Positions 1 through 8,100 of a DNA stretch of 32,000 bases are shown piece after piece. A program made the position numbers and the translations under genes. This DNA is from Bacteroidales bacterium (GTDB lineage Bacteria > Bacteroidota > Bacteroidia > Bacteroidales > UBA12077). The DNA lies in the NCBI GenBank assembly GCA_028282585.1, contig JANQHR010000046.1:82924-114923 (forward strand), written 5' to 3'. The stretch's first letter is position 1, and every line of letters starts with the position of its first letter. The notes beneath the pieces are model-generated. The model was not told where the DNA came from and made no database searches. It saw only the letters and a program-made list of their open reading frames with translations.

Positions 1-3000
1 TTAGATTGTAATTTTCTTACCAGCTGACATTTCTTCCTCTACCAAACCTACATTCTTAATCATATCGATTAGTACCGCAATTTTTCGAATGGTAGTAGCA
101 ACGAATATATCAGAAATAAGTATTTTAATATCAAAGGTGTTATTTATTTGATTTATAAGAATATTTGCTTTTACGGAATGTCCGCCAAGTTCAAAGAAAT
201 CAGCATCAATACTAATCTTATTATCAGAAATACCTAATATATTGGACCATATTGTAACCAGTTGAGCTTCTAACTCTGTTGTAGGTGGTATATATTCAAT
301 TGTATCTTCAATATTTATCTCTGGCAATGCAGTTTTATCAACCTTTCCATTTTTGTTTAAAGAAATATTTTCAATTTCTTTGAAATACTGAGGAATCATG
401 TACTCAGGAATAACATCTTTTAATTCCTCCTTTATATCATTTGAATCTATTTCATAATCTGTAACATAGTAAGCACATAAATATTGCATGTTTAAATTAT
501 CCGTTTTTACAATTACAATAGCATCTGATATACGATCCAGTGATTTTAAAACAGACTCGATTTCTCCTAATTCAATACGATAACCTCTAATTTTAACCTG
601 AAAATCATTTCTACCGATAAATTCTAAACTGCCATTTGGTAACATTCGAGCTAAATCTCCTGTTTTATATAGTTTTTCATTATCAACAAAAGGATTTTTA
701 ATATAACATGTATTAGTTAATATCAGATTATTCAAATAACCTTCCGTTATACATTCTCCACCTATATATAATTCACCAACCATACCTTTTGGTAAAGGAT
801 TTAAATCCTCATTTAAAATGTAAACTTTAGTATTTGGAAATGGATTACCAATTGGAACATTGGTGTTCTTATCTGTTTCAGTATTATATTTATGGATAAT
901 ACACCCTACAGTAGCCTCAGTTGGGCCATACTCATTAAATATTTCTATCCTATTGGCAAATAAATCAATTATATTATGTGCCAATTGTGTTTCTAGTTGT
1001 TCTCCTCCTATTACTATTGTTTTTACTCTACTCTTATTGATTATATCACTCAAACCTTGATTGTCTCTAATAAGCTTTAAATGTGAAGGCGTTAATTTAA
1101 TTACATCCACTTTATTATCCGATAGTACTTTCTCAATATCCGCTTCTTCGTAAATTACTAATTTACTACCATTTATCAAAGGAGTAAAAATTGATGTGAT
1201 GGTTAAATCAAAAGTCAATGATGTATATAACGGGAAATTAGATTCCTTTTGTTTACAATAAAACTTATTAGCACTCCAAATGTAATTAACCAAGTTCTTA
1301 TGATTAACCAAAACTCCTTTGGGATTTCCTGTAGTTCCTGATGTATAAATGCAATAAGCGATATTATACGTAAATCCCTCGGGTAAGTTTTCTTTATAGC
1401 TTAAAAGCTTTTCGTTATTTAAATTTTCATAAAAATCATTTATCTCAAAAATCTTTATTTTACTATAACTATCCTTATTAAAAGCAATTCCAGGAATTTC
1501 AATTAACTGCTTTTCTGTAGGGAAACTTCCCTTATTTTCAAGGATTGTTGAAACTACCTGTGCAAAGGTCTTCTCACCTTCTCCAAAAACAACCAAATCA
1601 ACGTTTAAGTTTTTAAGTACTTCATCATAATTACTAGTTGGATAAGGACCTCCTGCGATTAATATCCCTTTATAATATTTCCTAATATTTTCAACTGTTT
1701 CGTTAAAATATAGTTTATAATAAACTAAGGACCTACAACCTACAATATCCGGTTTGAATTCTTCAATTATTTCTTGCAATTCAGAATGACTATCAAAATC
1801 AACCCGTGATTTTATAATTTTACAATTAACTTTATTATTAAATTCTTTATTAATGTATGTTGCCAGATACATTAAGCCCAATGGAGGCTCAATTACATCA
1901 TAAATATCCTGAGAATCTTTTGAAAAATATAATGATAAATCTATTAAAAGTATTTTAAGTCTATCATTGGATTTAACATCATGTGAAAAATGAGCTTTAA
2001 TTTTTGAGTTTAAGTCAATTGTTTTATTACTTTCAGAATTATTCTCATCTAATTCTATTTCATCTTTAAGTCCTATAAAATTCAATAATTCTTCAAATGT
2101 GCTAATATTAACAGGTAGATAACTGTTATATTTTTGAACTAATTCATCTTTCGTTAATACCTTTAATTGATATGGCAATACTTTTTTAAGTCTCTCTTTA
2201 GAAAGAAAGTATTCATTAAGAAATATTGATTGATACTTTTTTGTAAATGATTCATTAAACGGCAAAGTTAAAGGTAATGCATGATGAGGAAGATGTTCTG
2301 ACATTGAAATAGATTTCTCAGAAATACCATTTTCCAATGCCATTTTATGCATATCTGTATTTTTATAAATCTTTAAAATATTGATATAAGGAAAATGTAT
2401 CCATTTAATACTTTGAATAAAATTTAATGTCATTAGAGCTTCCTCTTCTGTTTCAGTTGGGAATCCATGCATTGTCATTAGTTCAATAATAACCTGAGGA
2501 TAGGTTTTACTAATATATTCAAGATTATCTTTTAATTTTTGTAAATCAATATTTTTATTTATAAGCTTTTGTAATCGTGGAGACGCGGTTTCAAGAGCTA
2601 AAGCAAAATTTACAACACCTGCTTTTACCATCAAATCAATGTACTCTTTAGTTAAGATATCTCCTCTTAATCCGTTAGGGAAAAAAAAGTTTACTTTTAA
2701 TCCATTTTCAATAATCAGTTCAAAAAATCGCTTACTGTTTTGAACATTTAAATTAAAAATATCATCAACAAATGAGAATCTTTTAATTCCCATTTTATAG
2801 TAAAGATTAACTTCTTCGAATATATTATCAGCAGATCTAAATACATGCTTTTTAGACCAAACTTTATGACAATATGCACATTTAAAAGGACAACCTCTGG
2901 TTGCTTGAATTGAAATGCTATTTTTCACCATAGCTTGTCCTATATATTGAGTATAATAGTTATAATCAACTAAAGAACGGTTAGGCATAGGTAAAGAATC

Positions 3001-4947
3001 AAATTCTTTAATTGGATCTCTATTTATTGTTTTTACAATATTATCGGTATCAAGAATATTCTGAATTTTTCTCTCTCGAATTATTTTCTTCGAAGCTATA
3101 ATCAATGATAATTGAGAATCAGTTACAATAGTACGAAGTCTTTTTTCAGGTATATCGGTATCCAAGGGTAAATAAACACAGTTTAGTTTAAGTATTCCCA
3201 GTATTGCAACTATTGTATCGATTGATCGTTCCATCATAACACCGACCATCTCACCTTCGTTGATATTTTTATATTTAAGAAATGCAGCAAATTTATCTGA
3301 CACTTCTCCAAGTTCTTTATATGTCAGAGTTTCTTTATGCATTTGCAATGCTATATCGGAAGGAGTTTCTTCTACCTGATTATTAAATAAATCAATAATG
3401 GTCTTATCGTAGGGAAAATACGATTTTGTTCGGTTAAGGTCAAAAACTATCCGTTCTTTTTCTTCAGAAGTAAGCAGATCAACCTGTCCTAAAGTCAACT
3501 CATCATCTCGAACAATCTGATTAGAAAGATTTTTAAAGAAACTCCCAAATCTATCAATAGTATCTGAATTAAATAAATCAGTTGAATATTCAAAGTTTAA
3601 TAAGATTTGGTTACCGTAATCATACACATTTAGTCTTAAATCAAACTTAGAGTGTCCCTTTATATGGTTGTTTATTGTATTATGATCAGATTTTTTAATT
3701 TCAGTTTCTTTGGTATTTTGTAAAGCAAATACAACATCAAATAAGGGATTTCTATTGGTATTTTTTGTTATGGTTAATTTATCTAACAACTCCTCCAGAG
3801 GATACTCTTGGTTTTCAAAGGCTTCCACTGTTAAAGTCTTGATTTCTTTAAGGTAATCTTTAATCTTCTTATTTCCATCCGGGAAACTTCTTAAAGCCAT
3901 TGTATTAACAAACATTCCAACAACTCCCGCAAAATCAACATGAGGTCTGGCTTCATTTGTAGTTCCAATAATAATATCATTTTGTCCGGATATCTTTGAC
4001 AATAGTATCTTAAATGTTGCTAACATTATCATGTATAATGTTAATCCATTTCTTGATATATATGCCTTTACATTTTGAGTTTCACCTATCGATAGTGCAT
4101 AGGAAACCGTAGCTCCTTCGAAATTTATATTCGCGCTGCGAGAATAATCAGTTGGCAGGTCTAATGAAGGTAATTCGCCAGCTAATTTTTGTAACCAATA
4201 TTTCTCACTTTGGAGCTTCTTATCATGTTGCTGTTTACTTTTTCGCCATTCAGAAAAGTCAGTATATTGCAAATTACGTGAAGCCAATTTTTTCCCTTCA
4301 TACAATTTTATAAAATCTTCAGTTAGTATTGAGTGTGATATACCATCGCAAATGATGTGGTGCATATCAATAAACAAAAGTGATCTGTTCGTATTTGTTT
4401 TTATCAAACTACTTCTAACTAATGGAGCTTTATCCATTTCAAAAGGTTTTAATAAAGTATGCTGAATATTATTAATTTCTTCTTCTTGAATATATAACTC
4501 GTTCAAAGTAAAATTGATATTTTCATTAATTATTTGAACTATGGAATCACCCACCATTCTGTAAGATGACCTTAAAATATCGTGATGATTAATCAGAATT
4601 GAAAATAATTCTTCGATTTTATCCTTGTCAAGGCCATCAGGTAATGGAATGAAAAAGGGCATATTATATGCAACATTATTAGATAACTGTTGCAATAAAT
4701 ACATTCTGGTTTGCGGAGAAGTTAATGAATAATATTCCTTTTTTTCACTTTTTTTTATATTAGCAAATGAATTTTGCCTATTATACTTAACTAGAAATTC
4801 AATTAATTCTTTCTTATTATCTCTAATTAATTCTATTAACTCCTTCGTTATTTTTTCCTTATCACCTTTCAGTTTTATTTGATTTTCACTTAATCCAATT
4901 TTAATTCCTTTCTGATTGAGGTGATCTACCAGTTCGAAGATATTCAT
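1..4947 (-). CDS. NRPS, one module: TubC_N-like docking domain - C - A (interrupted by radical-SAM + B12-binding-like didomain) - T
   Basis: 1648-aa ORF with ATG at 4945-4947 and TAA at 1-3. Motifs read in the translation: HHIICDG (C3), LTYKEL (A1), [11 protein letters not shown] (A2), CPFKCAYC (radical SAM), [11 protein letters not shown] (A3), NEYGPTE (A5), YKTGD (A7), [20 protein letters not shown] (A8), LPEYMIP-like IPEYMIP (A9), NGKVDK (A10), FFELGGHS (carrier). Confidence 0.92.
   Translation of the reverse strand: [1648 protein letters not shown]
73..291 (-). other. Peptidyl carrier (T) domain
   Basis: aa ~1553-1625. [15 protein letters not shown]...[15 protein letters not shown], with the phosphopantetheinyl Ser at aa 1591. 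Confidence 0.9.
313..1374 (-). other. Adenylation domain, C-terminal fragment (A3-A10); hand-extracted specificity code DLTKVGEVGK (Asn/Asp-like)
   Basis: aa ~1192-1545 with motifs A3-A10 as listed for the CDS. The code comes from aligning FDLTITS / IKLTPSH / IVIGGEQ / [11 protein letters not shown] / NGKVDK to the GrsA-PheA positions 235-517. It is intermediate between the recalled Asp (DLTKVGHIGK) and Asn (DATKVGEVGK) codes. Confidence 0.8.
1528..1962 (-). other. B12-binding-like (flavodoxin-fold) domain of class-B radical SAM type, located C-terminal to the radical SAM core
   Basis: aa ~996-1140. LKILLIDLS...[15 protein letters not shown]...[18 protein letters not shown]...[19 protein letters not shown]...[17 protein letters not shown]...IPGIAFNKD. 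This matches the consensus pattern I recall for the N-terminal cobalamin-binding domain of B12-dependent radical SAM enzymes. Confidence 0.7.
2068..3015 (-). other. Radical SAM core domain nested in the A domain
   Basis: aa ~645-960. [15 protein letters not shown] linker-like motif, [14 protein letters not shown] (CX3CX2C; Cys codons at nt 2869-2892, verified on DNA), [38 protein letters not shown]. Confidence 0.85.
2437..2472. repeat. 36-nt dispersed repeat, copy A (35/36 identical to 31532-31567)
   Basis: agcttcctcttctgtttcAgttgggaatccatgcat here versus agcttcctcttctgtttcGgttgggaatccatgcat in the other copy. It encodes [12 protein letters not shown] in both nested radical SAM domains. Confidence 0.9.
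3082..3420 (-). other. Adenylation domain, N-terminal fragment (core motifs A1-A2)
   Basis: aa ~510-622. [17 protein letters not shown] (A1) and [22 protein letters not shown] (A2). The A-domain sequence then stops and resumes about 570 aa later at A3. Confidence 0.85.
3448..4746 (-). other. Condensation (C) domain
   Basis: aa ~68-500. [12 protein letters not shown] (C1-like), HHDILRSSY (C2-like), HHIICDG at nt 4342-4362 (verified on DNA), [51 protein letters not shown]. Confidence 0.9.
4783..4947 (-). other. N-terminal docking domain, TubC_N-like
   Basis: aa 1-55, [52 protein letters not shown]. The pattern is a short helix, then G-I-x-I/L 'x-G-x-L-x-L-x-x' hairpin, then a K/E-rich helix ending EL-I-x-F-L, as in TubC-type N-terminal docking domains. 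It sits directly before the C domain. Confidence 0.6.
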
Positions 4948-5103
4948 TTTCTATTTATTAATTATTAATTCAGATTAAGCTTATCTTTTAATTATTCTTT
5001 GAACAGTAAGAAAATAAGCCTTCAATATTTATTAATTTGATTATCTTTTATTTACAAATTACACTATACTAAAATCTAAGAAAGTAAGGTGGTATCAGAT
5101 TAA

Positions 5104-8100
5104 TTAAATAATAATTTCAACTTCCTCATTAACTTCATCGTCTTCTTCAATATTTTGGAGTAATTGAATCAGTTTTGAAATTGTTTTTATGTTAGGGTTT
5201 TCAAAGAAATCTCCAAGTCGGATTTCTATATTGAATTCTTTATATATCATTGAAGTAATTTGAATTGCATTTAAGCTATGTCCTCCAATTTCAAAAAAGT
5301 CGTCGTATATGCCTATTTTATCAAGTGCAAGAACTTCTTCCCAAATTTTAGTTAATTTTTTTTCTACATTGGTTTGTGGTTCGACATAGCTATTACTTTC
5401 AAGCTTAAAGTCTTTTAAATTTGCCAACTGCCTCCTGTCAGCCTTTCCATTTGTATTTAATGGTATTTTATCCAGTTGAATAAAAAAAGTTGGAACCATG
5501 TAAGCTGGTAATTTTTTTGAGATTTCCGATATAATAACACTGGTGTCTATTTTATTTTTATTCGATACAGTATAAGCCACCAGTTTTTTATTTCCCGAGT
5601 TATCATCTATTGCTATTACAACACTTTCTTTAATATCATCCAATTGATTAAGTACCGATTCTATTTCTCCCAGTTCAACTCTAAATCCTCGTATTTTTAT
5701 TTGATCATCTATTCTACCCAAAAATTCTATATCGCCACTTGGAAGCCATCTTGCTATGTCGCCAGTTTTATAAATTCTAACTGCATCCTTAGGGTTATCT
5801 TTTTCAGAATAAATTTTACCACGTTCTTTATTCCATATTATAAATTTATCTTTTGTCAGAGAATTATTCTGATAATACCCTCGTGCTAAACCGACACCAC
5901 CTATATGTAATTCTCCGGGGATACCAACAGGTTGTAATTTGTGGTTATTATTTAAAATAAAAAGATTAATATTATCAATAGGTTTACCGATTGGAATTGT
6001 ATCTACTTTTTCATCCCTGGTGCAATTATAATATGAAACGTCAACTGTCGCCTCGGTAGGACCATAAAGGTTTACTAAATTAACTTTTAAGTTTTTAAAT
6101 AATTCATTAAAAAATAAAACACTATTTGCCGATAAGGCTTCACCACTAGCAAATACCTGTATTAAACTTTTTAGATTGTCTACGTCTACATTATGATCCT
6201 TAATATACTGTAAAAAAACATTTAACATAGAAGGCACAAAATGTATTTTTGTTACTTCTTTTTTAGTTATTGTCTCAATTATTCTATTTGGATCTTTTTC
6301 TTCATTTTTGTCTAATAAAACCAATGATGCCCCATAAAAACTCCACCAAAATAGTTCCCATACTGAAACATCAAAACCTATTGAAGTCTTTTGAATCAAA
6401 ATATCCGTTGGAGAAGCATTATATTTTTTTTGCATCCAGTTAATTCTGTTTATTACAGAATGATGTTCTATCATAACTCCTTTAGGTTTTCCTGTAGAAC
6501 CCGATGTATAAATAACATATGCTATATTGTTGGAGTTAGCCTGATTAAATTCTTTTAATCCAGGTTTTTCATAAGAAAAACTATCTATGAATATCAAATC
6601 TGTACCCGTTTCTTCGAACTTATCCTTTAAATGAATTTTTGTTATAACAAGGTTACATCCACTATCTGATAGCATTATTGATATTCTTTCATCAGGATAA
6701 TCTGGAATAATAGGTAAATAAGCAGCTCCTGACTTTAAGATTCCATAAATACAGATCATCATTTCTATTGATCTATCCATACTAACTCCTACTAGCTTTT
6801 CAGGCCCAATTCCACAATGTCGAAGATATTCTGCTAATTCATTTGCTTTAGCATTTAATTCTTTATATGTTATTCTTTCATCTTTATAGATTAAAGCAAT
6901 CTTATTAGGAGTTTTTAAAACCTGCTCTTCAAATAAATAATGGATACATTTCTCTTTAGGATAATTAACTTTTGTATTGTTGAAATTACCTAAAATCTGA
7001 CCCTTTTCTTCTTTTGTCAATATATCCAGTTCATTTATAATAATATCTTTATTCTCAACTACACTTGTAACTATCTTGTTAAAATGCTTTAATATTCTTT
7101 TAACCGTATCTCTATAAAATAAATCGGTATCGTAAATTATAGAAAGTTTTATTTCATTATTATTATGATGAAATATGAAATCCAAATCAAATGTACTTTT
7201 TATATTATTGCTGCTGTTTTTAAAAGGTTTCAAACTTAAATGATTGCTATTACTTGTTTCATTTTCATAAACAAAATCTCGATCACTATTATATAATACA
7301 ATTACATCAAAAAATGCAGATCCTACCGAATTTCTTTCTGTAGATAATTCCTCAACTAATTTACTAAATGGATATTCCTGGTGATTATATGCTTCTTGAG
7401 TATTATCTCTAACACTATTTAAAAATTGCTCAAAAGTTTTATTTCGATCAACTTTATTTCTTAAAGTCAACATATTTACATAATATCCAATTTGATCTCT
7501 TAAATTATAATTTTGTCTACCTGATACAGGAGTTCCAATTATTATATCATTTTGGTCTGTATATTTATAAAGTAATATTTTCACTAATGAAAGTAGTGTC
7601 ATAAATGGAGTAGAATAATTGCTTTTACTGATATCAAGTAAACTATCCACCTGGTATTTGGATAGAGTCAGGCTTACAAGATCTGCTCCATGTGATTTGC
7701 TTTTTGTCCTACTTTTATCGGTTGGAATATTTAAAGATGGCAGTTTACCTCCAAGTATTTTATGCCAATATTCTTTGTGTTTTCTATAAATATCCGAGTT
7801 TACTATATTATTTTGCCAGGCACTGTAATCTTTATACTGAATTGTTAATGGTTCAACTAGTACTTTTTCATTATTTATTCGAGAATTGTATAGATTTAAT
7901 GCATCTTTACCAAATACATACATTGACCATCCATCGCTTATAATGTGATGCATTGCGTAAACAAAGACATATTTCTTTTCTTCAATCTTAATCAGATAGC
8001 TTCTTAACAAAGGTCCTTTGTATAAATCAAATCTTTTTGTTTTAGCTTCTTTTATTAATTCATTTACTTTCTTTTCTGTAGAAGCTTCTTTACTAAAGTC

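Noticed and set aside
4977-5022. Imperfect inverted repeat (GCTTAT at 4979-4984 pairing with ATAAGC at 5014-5019, plus a few inner A-T/G-T pairs), considered as an intrinsic terminator after the 5104-12300 gene.
   Set aside because: The stem is short, AT-rich and interrupted. On the transcribed (minus) strand it is not followed by a U-tract. The docking-domain pairing suggests the two genes are co-expressed.
4948-5103. Bacteroidota-type promoter elements (TTTG at -33, TAnnTTTG at -7) in the three larger intergenic gaps (4948-5103, 12301-12392, 23768-23888).
   Set aside because: Only near-matches are present on the transcribed strand (for example TAGATTTT and GTAATTTG). In DNA this AT-rich, such near-matches are expected by chance, so no promoter is annotated.
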